A DNA stretch of 61,147 bases, the filler included, from Perkinsus olseni (lineage: Eukaryota): NCBI GenBank assembly GCA_013115125.1. It is 13 parts of 13 records of this genome, joined end to end, with 100 filler letters (N's around TTAATTAATTAA, not from the genome) between each part and the next. Parts side by side here need not be neighbours in the genome. Positions count along the whole stretch, not along the records: positions 1 to 4,674 come from JABANN010001249.1; positions 4,775 to 9,447 come from JABANN010001250.1; positions 9,548 to 14,213 come from JABANN010001251.1; 10 more parts are not named here. One strand, 5' to 3'. Every line of letters starts with the position of its first letter. Within the stretch, counting starts at the first letter, position 1. Positions 1 through 12,715 of this stretch are shown here, piece by piece. Both the position numbers and the translations under genes were made by a program. The notes below the pieces were generated by a model. The model ran no database searches. It had not been told where the DNA came from and was given only the letters and a program-made list of their open reading frames with translations.

Positions 1-2022
1 CCACTTGTGGCAAGCTGGGGCATCGAAAGATGATTCCAAGTACTCCAGAACTGCCTGAGCATTATAAAACCGAGGATTTTTTAACCGGCTGTCTATCCAT
101 TCCGCGATTCCATTGAAACTGTTGCGAGTGCGAGGTTATCTATCATCTCGATGCAGTGACTGCAAGGTCGATACTAAAATGCAGTGTACACCGACCGTAA
201 TATGTCAACGGGGTATGTGGTACTGTTGATATGTAAGGCGGAATCTGCGGTACTGCAGCAGTACTACTGCTACTATGTGCGACGGAGTATGTGGCACTGC
301 TAGCCCTTCTACGCCACATCTGAGCTAGAAAGGGTCGAGGCAGAGAGAAATCTGGGTGAGTCTTTCTACGTCACGAAAATTTCATACAACACTCGTCGAA
401 CACAGGCGCTAAAAAGAAGCGCGCACTTGCTGTTGGCAACTGACTCGTTGATGACTTAAGACCGGAATCCTCGATCTCACTTCATAATAAAGAGACTATC
501 AGCGCACGCAGTATACTCTGGCAGCGCGACCGGACCCCTGTGTAGTCTCACCACGAGATTTTTGAACTCTCGGAGATTCAGGCATCCGTCACCGCCGACA
601 TCGAAAATATCCACCCAATCATTCAAAACTACCTAACATGTCACAGAATTAAAGCGGAGCGAAACAATATACAAGAGATAGCCGAGCAACGCAGTCTGGG
701 GAAGAAAGACATGCGTAGCAATGGGATTTTTATTCCAGAATGGACGGTGCGATACGTGAATCTCACGAGTACGTTCGTCGGGAATGAGTTATACTGCTGT
801 CAGTGGCAGCCTCCCCCCCCCACTATTACAGATTTCATCTCGTTTTCAAATATTTCCTGCTTGATTTTGTCCACTCGATAGCGGGTCAGGCGCGACCCCG
901 CGGTCGTGCCGTAGGAAGGTTCGAAGATGCGGACTGCTTCTTGAAGTTGAACGAGCGTGAGTGATCGAGATGACCACCCCCCGATTGTGGAACACATGAT
1001 TATCTCCTTATTGAATCGCTCGTAACGCTCTTGCTTCGCCGTGTCGACTCGGGTTCTGGGCGCCATTAAATGAGGAGGTTATCAGGAGGGCTGAGCGGCT
1101 CAGGCTAAGATTCCATACTGATGCTGAACCGTTGATTCAACGGGTTGAAGCAACTCGACAAATCCATTGAAACTGGGTGTATTGAAAGCACTACTCTGAA
1201 AATATCAGACGTATATGAGGGTGCCACTTCTGGACTGGATACGCATCTAGCCTACACCGTGTAAGACGCCATGAATCAGCAGGTTTGCCGGTTGGTTGAT
1301 CTCGTAGACTAATGCCGAGCCATTGCCGAAAACGCGACAAGTCCATCGAAGCGAGACTTTACTGAATGTAAACATCGACGGACAAGAGGGGTGGGGTGGA
1401 CGCGGTGGTTGGGTGCCATTGAATTGAACTAGCCGGTTGAACCGCTGTGAGATGTTTAGGCTGAGCGATGTACCATCAAAGCACCGCAACGCGACTGAAG
1501 AACATCTCAAATCTCGCGCTCTACGATAAGCGCTCGCCCCAACAATCGATTCCCCCAAACGCAAGGGATTTCATTTTTTTTTCTCGGCCTTACGGCCGAG
1601 GAGATTGTCTAAAGTGTGTATCGGCCTTTACCGGGCTTTTCGGTCTGGTTTCTCGGGAGAAAGAGCAATTTTCAATGATAATTCCCCAAATGAGGTCTAT
1701 TATTCCCCGCCCAGACAGGCCATTATTCCCGGGAACTAAAAAAGGGAATTATTGGGGAAGGGAAGAATGATTCTTCCCCAGCCTTCAGCCACTCTGCTTC
1801 CACTTAACACAGGTCTTCTACCTTATTCTCGAGTAGTGTTGAGTCCCAGCAGTTGCGAGGATGACGGTCTAGGAGGCCAACGGAATTGAATCACTTTACA
1901 TTTTCTATTGTTGGAATATAGTATATTCAATATACATTCCAGACGACATGGTAATACCCTGTATCTCATCAGGAGATTCTCATGAATCCCCAATTACTAT
2001 CAGCCGCAGCGGTGGGGTACAG

Positions 2023-2066
2023 TACGCGCAATGATTGCGCGTATTAATAGATTGCGCCGCAATCTA
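2023..2066. repeat. Double palindromic scar; inferred 8-bp duplication GCGCAATC (transposon excision footprint-like)
   Basis: tacgcgcaat-g-attgcgcgta, then ttaa, then tagattgcg-c-cgcaatcta. Both 1-nt centres are complements of the inner bases of GCGCAATC. Confidence 0.7.
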
Positions 2067-2902
2067 ACGAGTCCGTTTCGTGTCACTGCAACAACTTGTT
2101 ACTACTAATAGGCTCACAGGCATTGCGAGCGCACAAAGTTTGTGCCACAAACGGACGCGCAGCTAGGTGAGGGGCACTGTGAGAGAGGCACCAAGGATAG
2201 TCCTTGGCAAGGAGTCTTACATAGGTAGTGAGCCTTGGCGTATTCTTGATGATGCTAGACCAGAATAATCAGCATCATTTGCCCTCCAATCAGTATTCAA
2301 GACGAAATCATATATCCTATTGAAAAGTTGTGCCGATCAGTCCTGATGCACGTGTACCAAAATCGATATCTCTCTGCTATAACTACACCTTTTCCCGAGC
2401 AAATAAAATGTTTTTTCGTTTGAACCTTCTGTGTCGGTGGGCAGCCCACTGGGCTGCCAGCCCAGTGTGATGACCATTTCCGTAGTTCCTTGTGCGGATA
2501 CCCCCTTAGACATATGCAATATAGTGACAACTACCTTCATGGCTGCTACGTACCGACCTTGCTCTTTGTGCGCCTTTGCTCATGGTACGTACTACGTACG
2601 TTCGTCTTAGTGAACACGTGTGTTCCTCGCCATGCTATGGAGCATACGTTCACTCTGAATCCAAGAACTAGATCAGTTTCCCGAACTCCTCTCGAGCCCG
2701 GTTTTACCTTTCTTTGAGCCCCGTGTCAAATAGCCACACTGTGCTGAGTTATAGTGCACATATTGTTTCTGCGTACGCCGCGCGTCTCCCCCGGCATAAA
2801 TTTATAATCAACCGTGATGGCGTTAGGCGGTGAAGGAATTGAGTTGTGTACCGGTAATGCATGATATGACCTTGAAGACATTACCGCTGCGCAGGCTTGG
2901 AT

Positions 2903-4533
2903 ATGCTCCTAAGTATGGTTGCCTTACAGCACCTCATTGTCCTGCTCTACCTTCTCTCAGCAGCGGTTCTGGGACTGCCAGGCAATGCTGGCGGAACACT
3001 CAGGAAAGTCGGCAACGGCGCCTTGCATCCCATTCCTCTACAATGCCTCAATGGTGCCATGGATCCGGTGTCTCTAAGGTGATTGAGTTTCTCGGCCTCC
3101 CCTCTATCCTGAGGATGTTCTGCTCTCATCAGTGAGGAATGCATCCCGCCTTTCTTGAACCATATGCTTGTGAACGCAGCCACTCCCAGAATGAGGGACG
3201 AGCTCAGGCGACTGAAGTGAGTGGGATACTTCACCTGCTGTGGTTATCGCCTGCCCTTCAGGCTGAACGTCAGCGAATATACCTACTTCGAAGTTAATTC
3301 GTATAGTGTGGACTTCTCAGACAAAGGTAAGGCGGGCACGAGCTGTTTCAGGTCAGCTGAGCTGATTTCTCGAAGACATCACTGTATCATTGAGATGAAT
3401 TATGTCACATAGTATCCGCTCCTTGCATATCCGTCTCAGGTGTAACCTTTACGAACAAGCTTCTTGTACTTCCTCAAAATTACTCAATCGACGCCGTGAT
3501 TGACGAGCCCTACCAGAACCAGTCAGACGACGCTCCTCAGTTCAATGTTCGCATCTCAACTGGCCTACCCGTGGTTAGAGGAAGTCATATTGTGATCAAC
3601 GAGGACGCGCCTGCTGGTGAAGTCAGACTGAAGGAGATCCCAGGGAGTGAGAAGTTCAGCTTCAAAATGGATATTGATGGGTGGTTCGGAAGAAAAACTA
3701 CTCTAACACGTTCTTATTATCGCCACATCCCCCCTAAGGATGTCAAGGTCAAGGGAATACTCATACAGTATCATGGATATCGTGATACATGTGAGGCATG
3801 GGAGAAATATTCTAATACTACTCCCCTGGCCGATAAATACGGCCTGATATTGATCAATGCGTGTGGTTCTTGGTATGGTTGGTATTCAAGCTATTTGAAA
3901 TCCATAAGCGGGTGGAATGCAGGCGTTTGCTGCGTCGACAGAGACGATATCGACGATGTTAATTACACGAGGATCATCCTAGAGAGGGAGAACAAGAACA
4001 ACTTGCCAGTCTATGGTTATGGTTACAGTAATGGTGGTATGATGGTGGAATCCCTTCTGTGCCATAAGGTTATTCAAATGGCGGTCTCGGTTAATGGTGT
4101 ACTGGCTCTGAAACCTGGCTTGAGTGGGGCTTTCAAGACCTGTGACGATATCTACAATAATGCCACCATCGGCCCGAAGCCTACGGTGCCTAGGGTGGCC
4201 AGCATACACTGCCTCGATGATGAGTTGGTTCCCTACAATGGTTCTATCTACGGGAAGAAATATAAAAAGTACTTCAGTTCCGACCTTTTCCCGAGGACCA
4301 ACAGAGATATGGGGCGATGGGCCAGCAGAATTGGATGTGAAAGGAAGGTAACGAATACAACAAGGACCAAGCCGTGGCTAAAACTGAAGGAGTGGAAATG
4401 TCCTGGAGAAGAGAGAGTGGTGTCTATCAAGAGGAATAACTGCAGCTTTCATGGTTCAGCCCATCAAGTTGTTAGAACTCAATATCTCGACCCCGCTGAA
4501 TGGGCCATCAAATTCTTTCTTGGTCTCCCCTGA
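2903..4533 (+). CDS. Secreted alpha/beta-hydrolase (LpqC / PHB-depolymerase-like esterase), 4 exons, ~472 aa
   Basis: Hand-built exons 2903-3078, 3133-3216, 3262-3326 and 3440-4533 join in frame with GT-AG introns. Hydrophobic signal peptide (LIVLLYLLSAAVLG). Motifs YHG, WNAGVCC, DIDDVNY, nucleophile elbow GYSNGG, IHCLDDELVP and a C-terminal His. Confidence 0.8.
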
Positions 4534-4674
4534 AAATTTCCTATTAAAACAGCTGGATAACTGCTACACGTTCGTCCGGCACTTCGCATGTTTCAACTTT
4601 TTTAGTAATTGCATCATCCATGACGATTACGCTAATGACGCCTAGCTTGCTCCAGAAGCAGGATGATGATCGTG

Positions 4675-4774
4675 NNNNNNNNNNNNNNNNNNNNNNNNNN
4701 NNNNNNNNNNNNNNNNNNTTAATTAATTAANNNNNNNNNNNNNNNNNNNNNNNNNNNNNNNNNNNNNNNNNNNN
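4675..4774. other. Artificial contig spacer (Ns flanking TTAATTAATTAA). Others at 9448, 14214, 18965, 23699, 28430, 33142, 37849, 42524, 47198, 51850 and 56500
   Basis: Identical 100-bp linker with stops in all six frames. Intervening pieces shrink monotonically from 4673 to 4550 bp. Confidence 0.97.
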
Positions 4775-4949
4775 CTCCATCGCAGCCCAATATCTCCGGA
4801 TCTTGTGTTACACTTCTAGCAGCTCAGCTGCGAGTGTTGCTAGATCAGCTTGTCCACGGCCGTATTGTATTGGTGATAGTTGTGTGAATTGTGGTATAAG
4901 AGTGCGTAATAGTGTGTGGGTAATAGTGCGGCCTCCATTTCTAGTAGAT

Positions 4950-6230
4950 AGGTTTTTGGCGACCAAGGCAGGCGACCAAGGCCAAGGTTTCGGGGTTCAA
5001 TTTTGGTAGTTCATTACCCAGTAATTCAGCATAGGTTTTGACAACTGCAAAAGTGCCGGATTGAGATCGGTTACGTGTACTACCCCAGTACTACCATCCG
5101 TGTTTCGCCGCCTTTCATCCTCATCGTGTTCCGTGATTGGAGTTTCTGAAAGAAGGATTTGGAAGTGAGAGAAACGCCAAGATGGATGCATGATCTTTTA
5201 TTACCAGAGGTGGCAAAGGATGCTGTCACAGCAATGCTGTGTCTCCTGTATCCTGCTCCGTATTCACTCCGACGCTTATTCCAGTCCGATGTCCACTCAT
5301 CTCATCAGTCATTACGCCGACGTCGGTCCCAGGTTCGGTGGATACATCAGTCATCACGCCGCGGGCATTCCGCATGGGCACATGTGAGGCGCATGTCCGG
5401 GGAGCGGCTCTTTTCGGGGACTGGAAGCTTCTCAGCTTGACTTAAGTAAGAGCGTCCACCATGAGTACTAGCGGAGCCCGGCCACTGGAGATCTCTCTTA
5501 CTGAGAATCCCTGTATCTTAGCGCTTCTATCATTGCCCTCGTCTGGGAACTCCTGCTCCACCCCTTCGATGGTCCAGTGATTCTTCGGCCGCTTGATTCT
5601 GTCTGCTTAAACGCATCTTGAGCTTTCGAAGTAATAGACGTATATTGGTGTGGCAGCGATCAATCAAAAGTTTCAACAACACGTGTAAAGGTTCAGCCGT
5701 ATTGTTCGTGCGATGACGCTCACGCATACAGACCAATAAACTGGTCGATATGCTCAGCGCGTCGGAAAGTACTCCCTTATTAAGGCTAGTTTCGGCTCCG
5801 AACTGATGAATACAAATGTGAGACCACTGCCTTGAAGACTCACTGCCTAGGCCCGCCTGATGTACGTTCGCTTTTGGTTTGGCAATTCGTATAACCGAAA
5901 GGGTAATTACGCGAATGTTTCCGCTGCGGAAGCTTCGGAAGTGATCATCTATGCAGATAGTCAGTCCCATCGGTTTGAACATGTTGGTCGCTGGGCCTTT
6001 CTCCAGAAACTGCGAAGTAGAGTCAGTGGCGTTGGAGAGACTGACGACTGCTCCTCTGGGAGAGATAACATCAGAGCTCTTACGAGGTTTGTCCTCCCGC
6101 CTCTCGATAGTACCGAGTCGGTATTACGCTCCCATCAGTGCCCCAGTACGGGGGAGCTATGACAAGCATCCACTGAAGTACCTCGAAACTATTCGGCTAT
6201 GTGCGACAAGTCGGTGGTACTAAGTTTTTT
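4950..6230 (+). pseudogene. Possible highly degenerate LTR-retroelement remnant
   Basis: PBS-like TGGCGACC near 4957 and a weak integrase-like stretch (YYAPISAPVRGSYDKH). No intact motif. Confidence 0.2.
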
Positions 6231-7737
6231 GAAATCTTGCAGACGAACTTCTTCAAGCAGAACATCAAAAGCAGTAGGTCGCTGGCGGCCTCCTCTCGAA
6301 ATATGCTCTAGATGATTCGCAAGACACTGCTGTACCTTAGGGGATGTATACAGCATGACGACGTCGTCCCAGGAGCGTCCAAAGATATCGTGTATCTACC
6401 AAAAAGGACCCCACGTTATTAGCATTCATTAGACGACGTGGGATTTTTTGAGAGTGTTTCACTTTTGCGAAAGCCCGCATTGGCGTTCTGTCCTTTAGCA
6501 GCTTGTCCGCCTTGAGCAGGACAAGTTGGCCTGCATATCTTGAGTCAATTTTATGTTACCATTCGGTTTTTGAGTGATTTCCTCGCCACTGTGATCACGT
6601 TCTATAATGAAGATATCACCGAAGTAATCTGGCAGACCGTAGGTCTGCCAGAGTAACTTCCCTGAGTAATCGATTTTGAAATCGGAATCTATAGTACCTG
6701 GACAGAAATTATCCTTCCCTACTATGGAATCCCTGGTCCTTTAGGAACGTCCACTTCAAGCCCAGATTGGCGAAAAGTTATAGTTCTCCAGAGCGGACCA
6801 TATTTGACGGTTAGCAGGGTCCCTGTTGCAGTGGCCATAGCCGAGATACGGATACGCAGAGCTCCAGACGCGCCCGTGACCCCATCGACAGCAGGCGGGT
6901 GATACTGTATCCCCCTTCATCACTGATACATATCAACAGTTGGTAATTAACAAGTTGACGAGTTGATTATCAACTTGATGTCACCCGCTAACTTGTCAAA
7001 TTCATATTAACTTCATATCATTGTTGTTACCAATCTTTCCAAACATTGAATTTAACTTTTCTCAAACTTTTATGGGTTTCTTCCCTGCGAACTCTCGAAA
7101 AGTGGAGAACGTCCCTTCACTTTGCGTTCATAAAGACGAGATAGCGGACGCGTGTCGCGCGTCACTCCAAAAACTGAGACTGTGGATGATTTTAGCTCAT
7201 GAAGGTTTACGTGTGAACCAAGAGTTGAGAGATCCAAGAAGAAACCTTATCACTCCGCTCGCGCACTCCATGATGGAACACTTGGATAAGTTATCTCCCC
7301 GCTTATAGTTCATGTCGAAAAACTCACGTAGCCGAGTCAACACGAAGAGCTTCTTAACGCAGTCATCAGAGAGGCTCGCGCATATGATATCTGTGTCATT
7401 CAATAAACGGAGAGAAGAACATCTCGTCGGCGCCAGTGACGAGAAACAGTGTACAGCAACTGGAGAATCATGTTGCTTCACAAAGCAGCGAAGCTTTTTC
7501 TTCCCTTAAACCATCCCCCTCGTTTCAGAACTAGCTGGACCGACCGCGCATGTGGCAGGTCTGAGAATCTCTGGCAGAGGTTCACTGCATTCTTTCGATG
7601 GGGTGACTGGAAAATTCCAACCGGTGGAATCCTAACTAGACGCGGAACCCAACGGATGGAGTGAATGGCAACCTCAGAGTTGGGGTTGCCGATAGGCGTG
7701 TCCAAATCCAACACCAGCGTGGTCATTTTCAACGTTG

Positions 7738-7972
7738 CCAACTCCAACGAGCCAACCGCTCTTTCTCAAGGAGTACTGTTACGACCAACTGCAGCCGCTC
7801 ATACCAACCAGCCTGTGGTTGGCTCACTTACATTTCCCAACTGTGTCAACTCCAACCAACCAACTGCCATTTCCCAACGAGCACTGTTCCGATCAACTGC
7901 GCCCGCTAATGTCAACCAGCCTGTGGTTGGCTCACTTGTGTTTCTTCCAACTGCTTCCACAACGAGCACTCT
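7738..7972. repeat. Degenerate tandem repeat, 108-bp period (~2.2 copies)
   Basis: aaccagcctgtggttggctcactt occurs at ~7806 and ~7915 with similar upstream sequence. Gives a repeated NQPVVGSL peptide in ORF 7665-8141. Confidence 0.75.
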
Positions 7973-8473
7973 CAATGACCAACTTCCGCCGTTAGAGTCA
8001 ACCATCACGTGGTTCAACTTGAGCTACATTCTCCTCCATCGAAGATGCGTGACGTTTTCTACCACTGACGCAGCACTTAACCAGCGTGACGGCAATCGGC
8101 CACGACCTGTTGGCAACGTAATTGGCCTGATCACCTTCTAATAGCTTACCTTCGGCAAATCACGTAGATCTGCCCACCCACCACGATAAGACGAGAGCAT
8201 TCGTAGCATGCATCTTTCTCGCCGCCCGCTCTAGATGATCGCTCCCCACGCACAACGCAATACTTGAGAAGTACTCAAATCAAAAACTTCATCAAGGTTC
8301 ATCGGTTCACGAGGCTCATCGGAGATGTGATAAGCAGAGCGACACACTCAGAAACATATTCCATCTTCATTTATCATTGAGTGTAGCACGACGGTCTAAT
8401 TTGATCGGCCAAATTGGAAAATCACCACCTGGACGGCGGGCGGCGCTTTCGGGGGCCTTGCGGTAGGGGCTTA

Positions 8474-9447
8474 TTAACTGGGCAAAGCAAAAGACGCACA
8501 ATTTCGGCGTTGGGATGCACCAGGTGGTCGAATCGTCTTACTCATTGACAATAGAGCATGGACCTCGCTCCTTTTCTTTTTTCTGGTTGTACCACTTCCT
8601 GACGCCTGCGTTGAAGTAGTAGCCGAGAGCTCGCTAATAGCACGAACCCGAACGCGTCTTTGTATAGTCGCCCAAAGACGCACTGCGCTGCAGGCCTGCC
8701 GAGATACCAGCGAAGTATCATTCCTCGTAAGGATCGAGATGCTCGTGACTACCCTTGCTCTGATCGTCAGGAGGCATCAGAGTCTGACTTTTCTCGGGTG
8801 CCTCCCGACAAGTCGAGTGCTGAGGCGCTTCTTCCAGGCAGACATCAGAGACCTACGGAAGCCAAATCGAGCGGCCTGTATCACGATAACAGGCAAGCGG
8901 TGATTATTGCCTTCTGTGGCGACATCGGAGCAGCGGCTGGAAGTGCCTCAGAACGAGTCGGAGGCTTAGCACTCTCTTCCTCCGTGCAGGAGGTAGCGTT
9001 TGAAACTACAATCCACAAGTTCACAATACAAGGTAGGCTACCTTAGGTAGCTCTAGTAGCTGCGTACTTCCAACCTTAGACCCTCCCGACGACCCCATTT
9101 CAACACATTTTGCTTCGGAATCTTGTCCAGGAGCTTGAGGTTCTTCAGCAGGGTCCTAACAGAAATAGTGCATGGTAGGCAACGATCAGAACCCCCGGCA
9201 GTGACACAGAAGATAGATGGCAAGCGATCAACTTGTCTAGTTAACCCATAGTACCTCCAGTCTTTCTGCTTGCAGCGGTACTGTATCCGTATGAAACCGC
9301 GATAAGCTGGATTTCCGAGATTTTGGCATCGTGGCCCTTCCTGCTTCTCGCTGTTTCCCGTCGGCAAGCTTCCACTTCTTGGTGCCGTCTGAGGTCGTTG
9401 CTTCGAGTGGAACTTCACTCTGAGTAACTGGATAGCACTGAATAGCC
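8474..9447 (-). CDS. Possible intron-containing hypothetical gene fragment
   Basis: Open stretches (…HTDTVPLQAERLE / DPAEEPQAPGQDSEAK…) separated by GT…AG segments. No recognisable domain; truncated by spacer. Confidence 0.25.
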
Positions 9448-9718
9448 NNNNNNNNNNNNNNNNNNNNNNNNNNNNNNNNNNNNNNNNNNNNTTAATTAAT
9501 TAANNNNNNNNNNNNNNNNNNNNNNNNNNNNNNNNNNNNNNNNNNNNGGTTTAAACAAGTAGAAAAACAACAGGGAACAAGGAGCCCTCATTACAAGTAA
9601 AACGACAAAATAACTACGAATACAGGAGTAATAGGAGGGCCTCGTGAAAGGGAACGTTCACGGAAAGGTGATAAAAGAGAGCATTTAGTCTGGTGTCTCA
9701 GAAGGCGACCCGCTCGTA

Positions 9719-9988
9719 CGTCTCGTTTCCCAGCCGATCTTGAAATCTCGAAAGAACTGGTGGAAGGGAATCCACCAGCCCGTTGCCTCACTGCGCGCGT
9801 GATAATATACAAAAATAAGTACACGGAGGCCACCAGAGGGCTGATAAATGGTTAACTCGCACCGCATACAGCTTCCCAACGGACCCTGAATGTTAGTTTG
9901 CTTAGCAGCAAACTCACCGTCTTACAACAGCCGCGCTCAGAACTTCAGCCTACGGTGTCGGAAAATAGCTGCGCTCGAGATCGAAACG
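9719..9988. repeat. Conserved non-coding block, copy 1 (copy 2 at 12304-12526)
   Basis: Shared tcttgaaatctcg…gaactggtg…agggaatccacc…cggaggccac…gggctgat.aatggttaa…cgcaccgcat…gccgcgctcagaac…ggtgtcggaa. Confidence 0.85.
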
Positions 9989-10787
9989 AGACGGGCACCT
10001 CCTACTACAGTCGCTGCCTCCTCTGTGTCGGGCTCAGTGAGCCCGACAAAGAAGACCCGTTTGTCACGAGTGAAATGCTGCAGCAGAATCTCTGCTCTTG
10101 AAACCGCAAACAAGAACTACGCGTGTTTGCATGTTTGCATTCGAGCTTGACCATAATCATGTTCCTTACAACCACCTCCTGCAGACCGGGTGACGAAAAT
10201 CTAATAATGCGGAGGTAGGGAGCGTGAACAGTGAGTGGCTCTGTTCTGACCTGTTCGACCTCCATCAGTGTCAGAGCCAGCGACCTGGCAGTAGCCTGTG
10301 TCAGCTCCCGCCTACCAGTTTGGAGCCTCCACGGTTCAGTAGGACACGAGATCTGCCCAACTGCATACCCGGTCTGGGTCGAGTACCTATTGTTAGCTCC
10401 TGGCTAGCTCTAGTATTGAACTACATTGAACTACCGCGACTTTCTTACAATCTCTGGCGCGCACGAGGTGCGCCCCTCTTGTGCGCTCGTGGGCTCAGCG
10501 TGGTAATTTCGCTCACGTCGATCCTCCTGCGTAGAATTGCTACCAAGATCCCTGGCCGGATGTGCTGCTCTGGACTCCCCAGGCTCCCTAGGTGTACGAC
10601 TTTGAAAGTTGAACCATCGAAGAGGTACGGCAAGTAAGCGAGACCGACGCTCTACGAAGAACACAAAACTTTCGTTGACATCGACATCAATCAATCATTC
10701 AAAAGAGCAAGTCATGAGATGCTATGTTTTGCATGGAAGGCAGAAGCCCCTTCCCTCCGATTTTGGCGGTGGTGAGATGCCACTCCT

Positions 10788-12128
10788 TCAAGAAGGCAAA
10801 ACGGCATGTAGTTTGATGTCGATGGTGGAGGGAGTCGCACTCTCACCATCCGTATCAACACTCGAAAATGTCTTGTTCAACCTCAGCCACCATCCACCTC
10901 CTGTGGCCCGACAGATTCGGACATATTCCAGCGACCACTGTTGAGGTAGAAGCGACGCTTCGAGTAGCGGAAGATCAGCAGAATGTTCTTCACCAGAGTA
11001 ATTGAGATAGAGACAGTCTTCATGGCTATCAGCCGTTACCTGAGGGAAGTACACTGGCCACTCATACGCACATAGGTCGACCCTCAGCCCAACCCAACGT
11101 TGATGTGTCTCGGTGTCGGTCCGGACGTTCACAGTAATCTTCCAGACGTTATCGAGACCGGTATCAAGTGTCTCATATTCGTCATCGGGTATAATGGGCG
11201 GAAATACCCGATTAGCTGCTTCGCCATAATAAGGACCTCCGTGCTCCCCTTCCCACTCCTCAATCTCTGTTCCAGCACGGAAGGCTACTCCCGGCTGTAA
11301 ATGGACGCTCATCTCGAAGGTCGAACCTCCTCCACCAGTTTCATCATCACTCCTTCTCAAGTAACCACCTTCCGGTAGTGGCATTCCAGAACCGGGTGAT
11401 TCATACGACGACTTGGACGAACCATGGGAGGCGTCCGAACCTTCCTCTCTCTTCGCGAGTTTCCGCGGTCCTCCTCCAGCCTGGAAGTGAGAGGAACGTT
11501 TCCTCGATTTCTCTGGCACGTCATCGGCCCTGTCTCCGCGAGAGCCCTCCGATAGGGCTATTCGAAAGCCGTACGTAGTAGATTTCCAGCGCCCGCCATT
11601 CTTCGTATCAAACTTTCTCCCGATACCAACGATTATTCCGAACTCGGTTAGGCAGAATATCAGCTGGGAAGCTATTCGTGACGGCGTTACCAGGCCTAGG
11701 CGTCTGTAGAAATGAAAAATAAAATTATATGCTGCGCCCTTGGGCTCCACGTGGAAGCAATTTGGAGACAGTCCAACTCGCAGCGAACCGAATTGTCTCA
11801 ACGTTCTCACATTGTCATAACTGTACCACACCAGAGCCGCTTTCTCTGAACCACCAATCGAATCCCGAATGGCAGATGACTCGATAGATAGAACCTCCGC
11901 ATTAAAGCTCGCCAGCTGTCCCTCTTCACCATTAGTAACCACCATCTCGAAGCTGACCAGGCGTGGAAGCTCCGGACAGATTGTACCATTCTGTTCAACC
12001 GCTTTGTACGTCCCTGCAGGAAGACTGTCGGACGTGACGAATCCTTTCGGCGACTTTCCTCTTCCCCCGCCGGATCCAGTCACACGTTCTGACAAGAGCG
12101 AATACACCAAGAGCAGAATTGTGTTCAT
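10788..12128 (-). CDS. Intronless secreted hypothetical protein, 446 aa
   Basis: Long ATG-initiated ORF with N-terminal hydrophobic segment (MNTILLLVYSLL). Two globular parts separated by a G/S/charged linker. Confidence 0.8.
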   Translation of the reverse strand: MNTILLLVYSLLSERVTGSGGGRGKSPKGFVTSDSLPAGTYKAVEQNGTICPELPRLVSFEMVVTNGEEGQLASFNAEVLSIESSAIRDSIGGSEKAALVWYSYDNVRTLRQFGSLRVGLSPNCFHVEPKGAAYNFIFHFYRRLGLVTPSRIASQLIFCLTEFGIIVGIGRKFDTKNGGRWKSTTYGFRIALSEGSRGDRADDVPEKSRKRSSHFQAGGGPRKLAKREEGSDASHGSSKSSYESPGSGMPLPEGGYLRRSDDETGGGGSTFEMSVHLQPGVAFRAGTEIEEWEGEHGGPYYGEAANRVFPPIIPDDEYETLDTGLDNVWKITVNVRTDTETHQRWVGLRVDLCAYEWPVYFPQVTADSHEDCLYLNYSGEEHSADLPLLEASLLPQQWSLEYVRICRATGGGWWLRLNKTFSSVDTDGESATPSTIDIKLHAVLPS

Positions 12129-12303
12129 AGAATGTCGATTGAAAATGACAACTCAACTGTGAAGAGACTACTCCGATATTATCACGACACTTGCAAAGAG
12201 TCCTCAGCGCTCCTGTGAGATATCACCTCACGAAGATGTCATCAAACGGTTCCGGAGGGGACTAGGAGACTTAGAATGATCGAGTACGAAGGATGCGCCG
12301 ATG

Positions 12304-12526
12304 CGTCTCGTCTCCCACTCAATCTTGAAATCTCGGGAGAACTGGTGAAAGGGAATCCACCAACCGGAAGCCCTACTGCACGCGTAATAAAATACGCGGA
12401 GGCCACTGAAGGGCTGATGAATGGTTAATCCGCACCGCATGCAGAAGTCGTTAGACTCACAGTTTTACGACGGCCGCGCTCAGAACGTTAGTCTGAGGTG
12501 TCGGAAGAAAACTTCGCTCGAAACGC
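12304..12526. repeat. Conserved non-coding block, copy 2, upstream of the 12128 ATG
   Basis: Aligns by eye with 9719-9988. Confidence 0.85.
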
Positions 12527-12715
12527 GGGGATTCAGCAGACGGTTGTCTCCTGAATTTCTTCGTCAAGTACCTCGCTCGAGTGCTCCACGATCATAATGA
12601 AAAAACTGGAGGGAATCATCAGAGCCACACTCCTCACGACGTGATGACCCAACTTAACACCACCACAACGGGCGTACACGAGCGAGTAAACCGTGAACAC
12701 GTGAGCATGCGGCCT

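Noticed and set aside
6621-6660. Rho-independent terminator calls for hairpins (also 20377-20411, 23011-23049, 23663-23698)
   Set aside because: Eukaryotic context and no U-tract; better explained as one-sided or aged palindromic scars.
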